Of a stretch of DNA of 64,000 nt, positions 37,760-51,150 are shown one piece after another. Made by a program: the position numbers and the translations under genes. Location: the NCBI GenBank assembly GCA_965287045.1, contig OZ336878.1, positions 105,152,001 through 105,216,000 on the forward strand. The letters run 5' to 3'. Below the pieces are notes generated by a model. That model made no database searches. It was not told the origin of the DNA and was given only the letters and a program-made list of their open reading frames with translations. The stretch's first letter is position 1. Each line of letters begins with the position of its first letter. Source of the stretch: Carcharhinus amblyrhynchos (taxonomy: Eukaryota).

Positions 37760-39209
37760 AAAAGCATTACAGATGTATAAAACAGAACGTGGAAAAATAC
37801 AAGGAGCTCCGTCTGAACGCATGGTATTTACAGGATGAATCATACAGATACTGGGTAATTCCGAAATTACAGGGGTGACATATTAGGAAGTAAGTTGATA
37901 CTGGTGTAATTTCTGAGTCTACATACCAAAAAAAAGACTCCGAATGTTTTTTGTTTAAAATATGGTAATAAAATTTTAAGTATATACACGAGATCGTTTT
38001 TGCGACTTAAATTTTACATCATCATCAACATGCAGTCGAGGGGGCAAAAATATGAGATAGCCCTTCAGGTGGTGTGTTGTAATTTTTCTGGTCTTTTTAG
38101 GTTACAATTGATAGAAAATATAAACATTAACTGGAGTGTTGTCAGCAGATTGTTCGATGCCAAAACTGATGGAAAAGCTTTCTGGATAATTAGCATATTG
38201 CATTCGAAGAGGCTTAGTGAATTAAACGGAAGAGAAAATCAAGAGAAAGCCTAATAGTCAAGCAAGGTTTTTCTAAAATCAAGAGTAGTGTCATATGAAT
38301 ACGGCCTCAAGAATAAACATGACTTGTTAACACTGGAGTGTAAGATCTGCACACAGTCTGTGACATGGCTTAAATAATAACAATTCTGACTTATTATCAA
38401 TAATAAAATATAATTTTTAGTCACATTATAAATGCAGTCAGATGTGTCGACTTTCTGGAATCGTTTTGCTTCTTTGATTTTGTTCTTGTGTCTTTTGAGA
38501 GGAAATAAGGCTTTCTCTTGAAACATGTATTGCGGCTGTCTCACTGGCAGGAAGTTATCTATTTGCATCTCTCTAGCTATGAGCTATGGCCTTAATTGGT
38601 GGAAGATGCAATGGCTGTTTTGTGACAGTTCGGAGCTGTGAGCTGTAGTGTTTAAACTCGCAGTGACATACCAACATTCGTACAATAAGATTGGGTCACA
38701 GGTCATCAAAACATCAAAATCCAAATCCGATAGCCTGCTGATTTTCAAATGCCTATTTCAAATTATTTGGTTAAAATAAAATAAAAACATATTCTGGTTC
38801 AAATACCTGAAATCTGTTACCAATGTAACCCTAATGTCACCGGCTGCCTTGTTTCAGTCTGAACTGGATTTTAGCACCTGTTTTTTTTATATATACAAAC
38901 AAAACTCCTTTTCGGTCATCGCCTTTAAAAAAAACTGTTTCACTCTTTTACAACACTAACTTTGAAACATCTCCCCCTTTCGGTAAAGAAAATGAACCTT
39001 CGTCATAAAAAAAAATGCTTCATGCATTTTCTTCAGTTAAAATCGCGAAATTGCATCCAGAATCATATTGATCCAGTGTCAGCTGTACTGGGAGGTGGAG
39101 GGGGATAAGTACGTGTGGTTACAGGAGTAGGGCCTGGGGTGGGCAGTGCAGACTTGTTGGACTGAATGGCCTCCTTCTACACAGTAGGATTTAATTGATT
39201 ATTTATATG

Positions 39210-40810
39210 ATTAAAGGCAGTCAAGTCCCCTGGCCCTGATGGAATGTATCACAGCCTCCAAACAAAATGGTGAGGGAATTGTAAACGCATTTGTTGTAAT
39301 TTATAAAACGTTGCTGCACTCTGGGCCATTCTTGCAGGTTGGAAAACAGCAAATGTAACACTATTGTTTACAAAGGGAGGTAGACACAAAACAGGTAAAT
39401 ATTAGTTGGGTAATTTAACATGTGTATTGTGGTAACTGCTTCAGTCTATGATCAAGGACAAAATAGTGGGACTTCTGGGTGTGAGTTATCCCATTCGGAT
39501 GATGCAAAGTGAGTTCATGACAGCCATGCCATTTTAAACTCGTTTACTCCAATTATTTCAGGACATTCCCAGCAGAGCTTGATGTGGTATACCTGGATTC
39601 CCAGAAGATAGTCAACAAAATTCTGCACAAAAGGCTGTTGCATATGATAAAGTTGTATAGCATAATGACTAATGCACTGGCATGGGTAGAGGATTGGTTA
39701 ACTAATCAAAAAAGCAAAAATAGGGTAAATTGATTTTTTTCCTGATTGGCAATCAGTGACGAGTGTTGTGCCTCAGTTGTCAACATTGGAGCCGCAATTG
39801 CTTGCAATTGACCAAAATGTTTGTTGTTTCGGAGAAAGTGCAGTGTGTCAAAGTTTGCAGATGACATTAAGATGAGTTACAAAACTAAATGTGCAGAGAA
39901 CACTCAACGTCTGCAAACGGATACAGTTATTCGAAGGGAGTGTACATGGGTCTGTCAGATTTGGCACACCTTTGGTAAATGTGAGATCATCCATTTTTGT
40001 AGGATCAACAGAACAATGGCCCATTATTTAAATGCTAAATGTTGCAGCTTGCTGCTGTGCACAGGGTCCTGGCTGTGTGTGTGCATAGGGTTCGCAAAAC
40101 GTTGGTTTGCAGGTGCAGCAGGTAATTTGGAAGGCAAGCGGAATTGTGTCCTTCATGGCTGGAGGGAAGGAGTTTAAAACTGGGATGTCATATTGCAGCT
40201 ATATAAGGTGCTTGTGAAGCCATACCTGGAGTACTGTGTACGGATTTGGTTTCCTTACTTAAGACATAGCATACTGGCACTGGATGGGGGGTGGTGGCTG
40301 GGGGGCAGAGGTGGGGGGACTTGGTGAGGGGGTGCACATGAGATTCACTAGGTTGATTCCGGATTTGAGTGGGTTGGCTTAAGAGGAGAGATTGTTTCGA
40401 CTGGGACTGTATTCCGTGGCATTCAGAAAATGAATGGGGATTCTGTGGACACATAATCATGAAGGGTATAGATAGATAGAAACAGGGTGATTATTGTCAC
40501 TGTCAGTTAAACTGAAATCGAGACATTGCCTCAATATGAGGGGTGCAAAATTTGCGACTAATTTGAAGAGGAACTCCTTCAACAAAAATGTTGTGATCTG
40601 TAGAATTCCCTGCCCAGTGAAGATGATGCAGCTACCCATTGATTTGTTTTACTTTCAGGGAAAGATATATGTTTAAACAATAACGGGATTAAGGGATATG
40701 GTGAATGGGCGGGTAAGAGGAGTTGAGTCCATGATCTTATTGAATGGCGGGACAGGCTCAAGGAGCCAAATGAAATCCTCTTGCTACTATTTTTATGTTA
40801 TTATGTTCTG
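39210..40810 (+). mobile_element. Degenerate 5'-truncated CR1 LINE
   Basis: KSPGPDGM start, SKFADDIK (ORF 39821-40177), LKRNSFNKNVV and ttatgttattatgttct tail. Confidence 0.92.
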
Positions 40811-40836
40811 AATGAGCATTGCACGTCATTACTTAC

Positions 40837-40863
40837 TGGTCGATTGAAGCAGTTTTCTGCATT
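40837..40863 (-). CDS. Micro-exon E7 (27 nt, phase 1-1): (E)CRKLLQST
   Basis: ttattattttccattag|AATGCAGAAAACTGCTTCAATCGACCA|gtaagt. Confidence 0.88.
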
Positions 40864-42149
40864 CTAATGGAAAATAATAAGAAACATTGCAGTCAGTAAC
40901 TAAAACCTCATAACGGATCAAACAATGAAATTACAATGCACGAAAATCATTAACTGAAACATGACATGGGAGGGAAATGTTTAATGCATTGCAATACACT
41001 GTTATTTTTTGGCAGTTACATATTTCAATATTAGCCTAATTTGTAAATTGATTTTTTTTTGGCGGGGGGGGGGGGGGTGGTGGGGGGCGTGCGTTGCAAG
41101 ATGCCGATGTGTCTTTCGTATGGAAGCACATTATACCACGTAACCAACAGATAGTCTCCTGAGATCGGAAGATCCTCGACGTGCAACTTGTGTCAAATTG
41201 CGGAAACAGAATTGCCTGATTCTGTCCACATACATTAGAAATTTGAGGGTGTTGAAAAATGTGTGGAAGAGGGAGCAATTGACGAATGCACACACAACAG
41301 TTCTACCGGCGAGGGAAAACGCGATGCTCATGACAGTCCGATAAATGTTTTCCGCCAGGCTAAATAATTCAAATATCTCTCCCTCACCTGAGAAGGATCT
41401 GTAATGTTGTGGAAGGATCGATGTTTAAGTACATGTTGTAGGCTGGAGGTACAGACCTGATGGCAGTGATATCAATTTATTTCCATCATTTGGCTCACTA
41501 GGAACTTCTTCCGTGATAAATGTTTGCAATTGGAGTAAAATGCGCTACACGTTGATGCATGGATGCTAAATTGTTGCCATCAAATCCACAGGAATACAAA
41601 ACTTGAACTCGAGGCTCAGAGGCAATTCTGGCGCATGCGTGGTGCATTTTCAGAGAGGATGGATAATTTAAATTTGTTGAAACGTGATTTTGTCTTTCAA
41701 GGTTATAATCAGACACTGTTTTCCATGTCAATAATTGAATGATTAGTGGTTTGGCAAGAGGACATCATTTGGATAGAGAGTACACACATTACTATAATGA
41801 GAAAACAAGCAACAACAACCTCCTAAATTAAAGATGAAGACACACACGCACAAAATTAAAATATATCACATGGCAACATTTCGCATTTTCAACTCTTGGC
41901 AGGCAATCGACAACGAATCGTACAAAGACATGACAATCTCTGGTGGTCAACGCTGTGGGTAACGCAGCCCTGTATAATTTTGAATCAATTCAACTGCTAA
42001 TGAGCACTACGTTAAAGTGAGTTGAAATTTGGTGAAGATACATCATAAGCGAATAACGTCCTTGAAATGTTCTTATTTGCAGAGCAGAAGCACGGTTCAT
42101 CATTACATAGAAAGATAGAGCATATAAAATAGCAGCAAGAAAAGTAGCG

Positions 42150-44700
42150 TTCCCCGCCAATTGCAGACAACCCATGGGAGGCTGCACGAAAAACCATTAT
42201 GACACTGGCTAATTATGGAACTCTGCAACTTGCCCCCGCGTTCCCTCCCATATCCTTTGAAGTCTTTATACCTAATAGTAAAATCTAACTATTGATTGAA
42301 AACAAGCAAAGCCTTGGTCTCAAATGCGTTAGGGCAATCCATAGGCTTACCACTCCCTCCGTAAAGCATTTGTTCCTCCTCTCAACTGCAACCACCTTGC
42401 GTGTCTTTCTACCAAAGTGATTAAGCACTCGTTTTTTTTTAACTGCAAACTGCTACTTCTGCAACACATTTCCTCACTCGCTCAAAGTGTTCCAATCGCA
42501 CTGAAAAATCTCTGCATCCTTCTGCCTATTTACTCTCCTATTCAGCTTCGTGTCATTTGTGAACTTGGAGATACTACATTCAGTTTCCTCATCGAAAGCA
42601 TTAGAAAACAATACATTTTACATTGCTGCAAGGCTGCCATTGATCACTGTGGTGTCCCACTATTTCCTGTCTGCATTTTTTAAAGTGCCGTTCCCCATGT
42701 AAATCCAACAGCCCTAACCTCATGAAGTTTAATTTTCCACGCTAATTTCCAAAGTTCATTTTCTTTTTTAGAGATTCTTCTAAAATCCAAATGTATTATT
42801 TCCACACGTTGCTCCAAATCAACTCTACTCGTTAAGTGGTCGAAACATTCTCGTGGTTTCTCAAGCGTAATAATATTGCTTTCATAATTCCGTACTAACT
42901 CTTTCCGATTGTCCCATCATTTTCCAAGACTTCTGCTTTGAAATACTTCGTATTAGACCCCAGCATTTTCGCAACCAATCCCCACCAACCGACACCAGGA
43001 TCACTGGCCTATCATTTCCTTTTCCCGCTCTACGTGCGGTTTTAAACTATTGTTACAACAGCTGCTTTCAAATCCAAATGAACTTGCAGAACCGATATAA
43101 CGTTTGGAAGATAAACACCAACGCATCCAACTTCTTTTTCAGTGCCCAGTCCTTGTGGTCTCTGGGATATAGATTATCAGTTCGTGGGGATTTATTGCCC
43201 TACAATTCCATTAATTTCCCCAAGGCATCGTTCTTTTTTTTACCTGAATGACTCTGATCTTCACTGCTTCCATTTTACTAAACCATGCATTCCCACATAT
43301 CTGGTACGTTGTTCTGTGCGCTCATGTTTGATGACAAACGAATGCACGTATTAAGTTAGTTAGCCATTTCCTTGTTCCAACGTTGTCAGTTTATATGCTT
43401 CTGACTGTAAGGGGACTACATTTCTTCACAAATCTTTTCTTTTTACTTATGTGTAGATATGTTTGCAGTCAGCTTTGATCTTTGATTCCGTGCAAGCATA
43501 CTCTCATATGCAAATATGCACACACCCCCAACATACGAAACCCGCTCCACCCCCTCCTTCCACTCCCCGCATTCTTAAGCACTCTATTTGTCATTTTCTG
43601 CTGAATTCTAAACAGGTCTCCACTTTGGCTCTGGCCATGTTGCACGTCTCTTCTCGAGTCTTATGTCTGATACTGTCCCTAATTTCCCTCGTAATACATT
43701 GTTTGTCAATTCTTCCCTTCCGATTTTTGAACCAATCAAGAAACACCATTTGTTGCAGTTTTTAATCAAGCACTATTTGAATTCTTGCCATTTCCTGTCG
43801 AGCCCCATTCCTTGAAGTAGCGTTCCCCGGCCAATTGCAGACAATTCGGAACTCACAACACTGTACTTTACGTTGTTTAGATTTCGGATCCCTGTCTCAG
43901 AATCAATTACATCGCCTTCCGTCTTGATGACGAATTCTATCATATTATGTTTGCTCATCTCCGACGGTTTTTACTCAACGAGAATGTCAATTGTGCCTAC
44001 TTAATGTCCCAATGCACTGTCTCGAATGGTGTGCACTCTTATTGGTTCCTCAATGCCGTGATTCAGAAAATTATCTCATGCACACCCTAAGAAACTCTCC
44101 GCAGGTATTGTGACGATCTTGATTATTCCAATCTATATTCAGATTGCAATCGCCCATAATTGCAAATGTTTCTTTGTCTCATCCATCTGCAGTTTTCTGT
44201 ATAACGTCATTCTCAACATCACCATTACATTTTGGTTGTCGACAGATAAAATCCGCTAAGCTCTTTGGTGCTTAGCTCAGCTCTACCAGCAAATTGCCTA
44301 CCAATACTATTAATGCCTTCCCTACTCTTCCATTAATTTCCCCCCTTTTTTTCCAGCAATGCAGCTCCACCATGTTTTCATATTTTTTCACCAGTGCTTC
44401 TTTAATACGGTAAACTCTTGAGTTTCCATTTCCCAGTCCGGGAATAGTCACCCTGTAGTCTTGTTCCCATGAACTTGATTGTGTCATAACCGTTTTTTTG
44501 TCAATTGTGGATGAAATAAATGTACAATATTGCGAATATTCTCTGTATGAAGAAGCAAAGTACCTTTAACCTTATCTGTCTCATTCCTCTTTTTTTTTGT
44601 TACTGTGAATCTAGTTAGCTCCTGGATCTTCATACGTCTGCCTATCATTTTTCTTTCTCTCGTTTCTCGATTTGGCTCTCATCATTGCTGCCCCCATCCT
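42150..44700 (-). mobile_element. Old degenerate CR1 LINE (endonuclease-RT remnants)
   Basis: Decayed RT motifs and endonuclease-like ORF 44272-44487 (WEQDYRVTIPG...ALVKK). Confidence 0.65.
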
Positions 44701-45134
44701 TGCAGAGTTTGCCTTCCCACTGCCTGTAATTTTGAAGCCTCCACAACCATTCTCTACCTGAATCCCCTGAGCACATCCGTCCTTGCCCTTCAGTGGTGCA
44801 AGGCAAACTCTATGCAGACGTCCTACCTCTTCATATCCGCCCCAATCATCCACAAATCTGAGGTCTTCCCCTTCTTCAGTATCCTTCCAGACACAGATTG
44901 ATCTCGTTTGTGTGTGTTTTTGGGACATCTGAATTTTTAATGTTTATAAGTAATCATAGTGATACAAAGAAGATTAATCAAGACGTCGAATATTTCGATG
45001 AACAAGATGAATATGATTTCATTATACACTAAGTTATAAATATGAAACAATTATATCTCGATATATTCTAATATCGTCACTGCGCATTCCACGGGTGCCT
45101 ACATTGAAACAAAAAGAAGAATGCAATTACGTAC

Positions 45135-45158
45135 CAATCAAGTGATTGAGTTGACCAG
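45135..45158 (-). CDS. Micro-exon E6 (24 nt, phase 1-1): (A)GQLNHLI
   Basis: atttctcgttacag|CTGGTCAACTCAATCACTTGATTG|gtacgt; found at the position and length predicted from the cassette pattern. Confidence 0.8.
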
Positions 45159-45873
45159 CTGTAACGAGAAATTAATTTTATCAGTGCATGGCAGGTAAGG
45201 TGCATCTTACATGTAAGATGCGTGCTGCATCGATAGATAGAGATCAATTTAATAAATGATAATAGAGACGCTGTGTTGTAGCAAATAACAAATGTGCCAA
45301 TTCTGCAGGAGTGCCATTTTAGAAATGTGTATCTCACAAAGGTAAACCAAAGCGAACCATCCCACTCAGCTATTTGCCTCGCTACACAACTTTGAACTAA
45401 TTGGATCTCATAATACATATACTTTGCAAACTATTTCCCAAAGTTCACAGTGAAAATGCACAATTTGTACGTTATCTGACGATTTCCTGCTGGAATCTAT
45501 AGAGGTAAGTTTCATTTGTCAAGAAACAAATCAGCACTCGTTAGCTAGTCTTTGCATAGATTACTGTTTTCAAATATGTAAATGAGAGATTTATTTATAT
45601 GTCAGCAATGTTTGCTGGAAGTTTCAGAAGTTTTCTAAAAAAAAGTGATTTTGTTAACAAATAAAATGAACATGCCGAATATTTTTTGATTAAAAAAAAG
45701 GCGTACATTCAAACAGAATGAAAAATCCATATTCCTGACAGCTCCAAAAACATCATCAGCACATGGAATGGTCATAAACATTGGGGCGAACTGAGAGAAT
45801 GCAGCGGTGGAGAAAACACGAGATGTCAACAGAAATGTGTGACAAGCAAATATGTCAAAATAGAGAATCTTAC

Positions 45874-45903
45874 CAGCTTCCTTCAACTTTGCCTGTAGGG
45901 TTA
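45874..45903 (-). CDS. Micro-exon E5 (30 nt, phase 1-1): (V)TLQAKLKEA (alternative 36-nt acceptor to 45909)
   Basis: tttgttttcaagacatag|TAACCCTACAGGCAAAGTTGAAGGAAGCTG|gtaaga; the acceptor is ambiguous between two in-frame AGs. Confidence 0.7.
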
Positions 45904-46724
45904 CTATGTCTTGAAAACAAATTCAATAGGCACGTTATAATGGGTGGTTGTATTCTCTTCGAAACAGCTAACTCATAATTCAACGACAATTACAAGTCAG
46001 TGTTCGGTGGTTCTACGATACTTTAAGTCATAACTTAATGGCTCTCCTATTGAGAAATTGGGATTATCGCAAAGATCGCTTCTCAATCTACCTTGACAGT
46101 TTCCACGTGCGTTTACATGACAATTATCCATAAGGCATAACGTCCCATGACCATTGGGTTAGAATGGGATTCATCAGCTAACGTAAATGAAAAGGATAAC
46201 TTTGTATGGTCCTGAGAGTTAGAGATCATGAGCGCACAGGAAATTTTAGAATGGAAAATAAAATCTTCTCACTTAAATTCAACTAATTAATTACAGACCT
46301 AGGCCAGTGAGACACGAGAAACGTCAAACACCTTGAAGTCTTCGGCGGGAGTTTGTTAATCAATTTGATGCAACCAAACATAAATGCCACCAACAAACGT
46401 AGGAAATCAGATTTTCCCGAACTGACCACCAAACTCAACCCTTCCCCACAATGATCGGACCTGGCCGGCGCTGGCCGTGATGCAACACCACCGAGACACA
46501 TCCAACACGTCGCATCCTGTGCCCGAAGCAGGGCAAGACCCCGCCAGAACAGGCCCGACATGACTGAGGTAACCTACTCCATGCTTCAAATGAGCCAAAA
46601 CGACAACACCCACGACCGGAGCCAACATCAGCCTTACCCAACAGCCCTCCCTCCACCGCCCCCCCCCCCCCCCCCCCACCGCCTCCCTGCCAACCCCGCT
46701 GCCGCCATTACCCAATTCTGAACA

Positions 46725-47040
46725 AGAACATAACAACTAGAAGCGAGGGTAGGACATTTGGCATCTTGAGCATATTCCGCCATTCAATGACATCATGGCC
46801 GAATTATCATGGACCGAGCTTCACTCACCCACCCGCTCACCACATCACCTAATTCCTTTATTGTTCAAAGGTATCTTTATTTTTGCCTGAGAAACATTCA
46901 AAAAGGTTACCTCTACTGTTGAACTGGGCAGGGGATACCACAACCTACCTGCCTCTATCTTATCTAGCCCCTTCAAAATGTTACATTAATCCATAACATT
47001 CCCCCATGCTTCTAAATTCCACTGACAATAATCGCAATCT
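46725..47040 (-). mobile_element. Degenerate CR1 3' end
   Basis: aagaacataacaactagaagcgagggtaggacatttggc...ccgccattcaat tail and UTR homologous to the young copies. Confidence 0.8.
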
Positions 47041-47384
47041 ACGCAGCCGACTGATACCATTTAAGGCTGACTGTACGTGCACCCTGTCCCAACATCTCAT
47101 TCACTTAGCTTTGAAATTTGTCTTCTCCCGTTCAATAGCTCATTTAATGTTAGCTGCGTAATTGCTGATTGTGCAGTAAAATGACAGGTACCGCCTCTTT
47201 GCGTATGTATGTGTTTCACTGAGGGAGATTCTGAAATATTTCACTACCTCAGTCTCACTCGCCAATTGTGACAAATTTTAGGCATACAGGATGTCAGAAT
47301 TCCAATCGGATGTCAGTCGCTAACTAATGACAATTTGCTGCTCATTGTCGCCCCAATGAAGTTACAAATCCGTCGGTCGTTGGC

Positions 47385-47900
47385 AAAAAATGGACCATTC
47401 AACTGATCGAGTCTGTTCTGCCATGAATGAAATCATGACTGATCTGAAATTCCACGAAAACATGTTTCCACTTTTTTCCAAAACCATGATTTTCCACTGA
47501 TATAAAATCTGTATATCACATTTTTCACCACACATCTCATCCACCATAACCTTAAATGGTAAGTCATTCCATGATGCATGACCTTGCTACAAGAAAGTCC
47601 TTCATCCTGCCTTAAATGGCCGACTATATACCCCGAGATTATGCCTTCCGACCCTCGGATAATGGGGAAACCAATGATCAGGACTCTTCCTGTCAAGCCT
47701 CCAAGAAACTATATGCATATCAATAGAGTAATCTCTCATTCTTTTGAACTTCAATGTTAAAAGGTCCAAACTGCTAAGCCTGCTCTCAGAAGAAAATGCC
47801 TCCAATCTAGGCATCAACATAGGGAACCTTTTTTTGTATTGCCTTCAATACCACTATATGTATCTTTAGAGAAGCGGCCTAAAACATTTCACAATATCAC
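47385..47900 (-). mobile_element. Degenerate CR1 3' fragment
   Basis: ORF 47602-47820 (LMPRLEAFSSESRLSSLDLLTLKFKRMRD). Confidence 0.8.
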
Positions 47901-48372
47901 GTAATATGTTCGATGTTGGTAGAAATGAAAATTGTGTCTAGGCTGCACTGTATGCAATCTGTGCTTGACTATTAAGCTTTCCCAAAATGTGCGTTCTACA
48001 AAAATACGTGTTACAATCCCAGAAATATTGGCAACGCAAGCACTTCTTTACTCAAAGAATGGAAAACCTTTGGAGTACCTAAAACAAAAGGGTGCAGGAT
48101 GGACAAAGCACAATCCATCATTATACTACAATTTAATGTAGTAGTGACACAACAAGGAACAACAAAAAAAAAATCATTGGAATAAGATTGTGGTCCCTCC
48201 AAAATTCGGCAGGTCATGGTGACATCAGTAAAATAAAAAAAAAGCCTGAGCGTATACCTTTATTCTGTCACTTTTAATGCACCCTTCCAGATGCCTGTCT
48301 AATATGGCTAATATCCCTCCTTTCGTCAGCTGTGAGCTTTGCTGCGTATGTACACATTTGCAGATCACATAC

Positions 48373-48399
48373 CCGCATCTCTCAGGAGAAGGTGTCTCA
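48373..48399 (-). CDS. Micro-exon E4 (27 nt, phase 1-1): (M)RHLLLRDA
   Basis: ttgcttcccttttag|TGAGACACCTTCTCCTGAGAGATGCGG|gtatgt. Confidence 0.88.
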
Positions 48400-50055
48400 C
48401 TAAAAGGGAAGCAAATAACACACAGTGCCAATTTTGTTTCCGAACATTGACATGTTTAAAAATTTGACGGAATATCACTTAAAAACGCATATAGCCGTTT
48501 GCATATCGAATTATAAGGCAAAATTCAACTATTCCAAAAAAGAAGCTAATTTCTCCTGGTGAATATGATTATCTGCAATTCAACTTGTTTACAGTTCTAC
48601 AAGGCAAACATTTCCATAGAAAGTTTATATCTTATCAAAATAACTACCATTCTGATCAGGATTAGCTACGATTAATAATGCAAATCTTATCCAGGGTGAA
48701 ATATGTATACAATAGTAATATTCATGATTCTCGGTTACATGAACAACTGGACTATTCACTGTTGGTCGTGTTGAATTAATTTTTGACATCCTGCATTACG
48801 TATGATTCTACTGAACTTTGCTTTGTATCATCTCGGATCCGAGTGTGGGGAAGACAATATGCATAATTGTGCACAACTAATTCGTCCAATCGGTCGTTCG
48901 CTCAAAATTAATTGATGCGATCATCATTTTTCATGATCAGCACTACAATTATTTGTACAGTTCACTTAATGTCACATCTATTCATTAGAAAGATGCTGCA
49001 GATGTTTCTATTTGCAACCATCATCTAGTTCGAGCAGTCTTCTCTCATTGCATTCATTGATTTAAACAAAAACGGGTCCTTCGCCTTTGTTTTGGTTGCC
49101 AGCTGTTCCTCGCAGTCTTAAAGTGGTGACAAGCTTTATTTTCGTTTCCTTTAGTTCTTGATTACTGCACTGGTTCTTGAGCTAAATAACTCTCCTATTA
49201 ATTATGTAGCTTGTGATCACGTCCATTGCATTTGGCACCGGCGCCGTAATTATTTTGCCTATTGCACTTTTCACTTAAGTTGGATTTAGGCGCGCGTCAA
49301 CTTGAGTGGCGACAGCCATATGGCGGTGCATGTGCAAAGATGAGAGGGTGAAATTTTTCAGTGTATATTCCATGCATAATTTAGCGTTGGCCATTTATTG
49401 ACCATTTCAGTGAAGTTACCGTCCAATATCAACTGGTGGACTGAGAAAGCGCTTTAACTTCGTGTCCACGGGCTCTCGAAGATATTCAGCGCCACAGATC
49501 CCCTCCTTCCCCAAATTTTGCTTCTATCCTACCATCTTATCCCAGTCCCTCGGGCCACATTTTTTTCCCAAGCTGAGATTGCCACATTGCAGGGACCACA
49601 GAAATGTTGGTAAATTAGATTGGCACACCATTGTTTCAGGTGGGCCGTCCCATCGAAGAAATGGTGGAAGTAGTCTGGAGGAATTTCTGCCTCCATTTAC
49701 TTAACATTCGAAGGAGCACCAATTAGCTGATTTGCAGCAAACAGAGGTTGTTTTTTTTTCCGTCAACCATTCAAACGATGGTGTAGGCGTCCCGCCAAAA
49801 TCACTGACCCATTTAAACAAAATTTCCTAAAATAACCATTAATTCGATTGACTTGATATCTGAACCTGCGCTTTGCGATTACTTTTTTTTAATTATTCCA
49901 ATTTATTTCAAACTTTGGTTGATGACTGATATTTTTCGAATAGTGCAGATCACGATTCAATTAGAAGTGCATAATTTTTCATTGCAAACTGTGCCAATAC
50001 TCTCAATCTTTAAATGGAAACATGAGACAATATATGACTCTCTGATGGGACTTAC

Positions 50056-50085
50056 TTGTTTTTTGGAGAAGTGTTCTGCATTCAT
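50056..50085 (-). CDS. Micro-exon E3 (30 nt, phase 1-1): (N)ECRTLLQKT
   Basis: acatttttag|ATGAATGCAGAACACTTCTCCAAAAAACAA|gtaagt; paralog of E7 and E11. Confidence 0.85.
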
Positions 50086-51150
50086 CTAAAAATGTTGTAA
50101 ATGCATAAAGAAAAATAAGAACACAGAATTAATTGTATAACAATGCCATTCTGGACATCTGGTGCGTGCCTTTGTCATGTCATTTAATTTAATTGTGTTC
50201 CATCTTTTCATCGCCGTTTGTGAGCTTTGTAGTAGTAGAGTAGTGGCAATTTTCCGGAGATCCATATGATAGGCAATGTCAAATGTTCTTCCCTTGTTTC
50301 ATATCTTTTAAATTCATAATAAAGTAAAATCTAGTCAAAAGTAAACATTTTGAAATAGCATTTATTTTCCCAAAATTAATGGCGCAACTCTATTGGCACT
50401 TAATCGGTATTTATTTCCTATTTTACGAAAAAAATAAAACAGTTTAATTCGGAGTATCAACAACTTTGAGGTAATACGTTCAAGTATTTGATTCCAGAAA
50501 TGACAGTCACTAATGCAATCAAAAATCATCCCTCCACACGTTAAGTGGATGTGATATCGTTTAACACCGCCACAAATCTTTGATTTGACAAACGTTAGGA
50601 AGAGTCAAAGTATAATTTAGTTCCTCTTTAAATCAGCTCACATATTTCCAATTATAAAAAAAGATGAGCAGGTGATTTAATGAAGCCGACAATTGGCACG
50701 TTGTATCTTTGATGGACTATTTGTTAATTTACGGCTGAACATTTTTTTGAATGCTTTAGCCTTTTTGCTTTCAGCAAATTTAGAAAATATGAAATATTCC
50801 TACGCCCTTACCTCAAAGGAGGCTGCCGGTTTGAAAAGGGTTTTCGAACGTATCAACAAGCGGTGCATGTGTTTTATGTGAGAAAGACGGGATTCCCAGC
50901 ATAAGCATCCAAATTAGCATAAATATAATGGGTATTACAAACGCAGGCTGTACATAATTCAGTTTATAGAAACATTTCTCGAAAAGTTTGCACTGTTTCG
51001 CCTGGTTATGCCCGGGTTGTATGATCGTCCTGACATATTTCTAGCGAAAGCACTCCACCTGCGCTATTTTAAGAGCAGTATGGCTTAGTATACATTACTC
51101 AGGCAACTTATCCCATAATGCAGAGCACAAAAATTAAAATGTATTCTTAC

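Noticed and set aside
38251-38568. Another ag|TGAGACAG start resembling a B exon
   Set aside because: No donor at 27 nt and no LL..KD motif.
15070-48399. TGA at the start of the three B exons as a stop or selenocysteine codon (phase 0), or a phase-2 reading (ETIIAKRFW etc.)
   Set aside because: Synonymous changes among A exons and the single open frame of E2 support phase 1; phase 0 and phase 2 hit stops in other exons or junctions.
50811-50821. 11-nt exon candidate with strong GAG|gtaagg donor
   Set aside because: It would shift the frame between E2 and E3 and has a weak acceptor.
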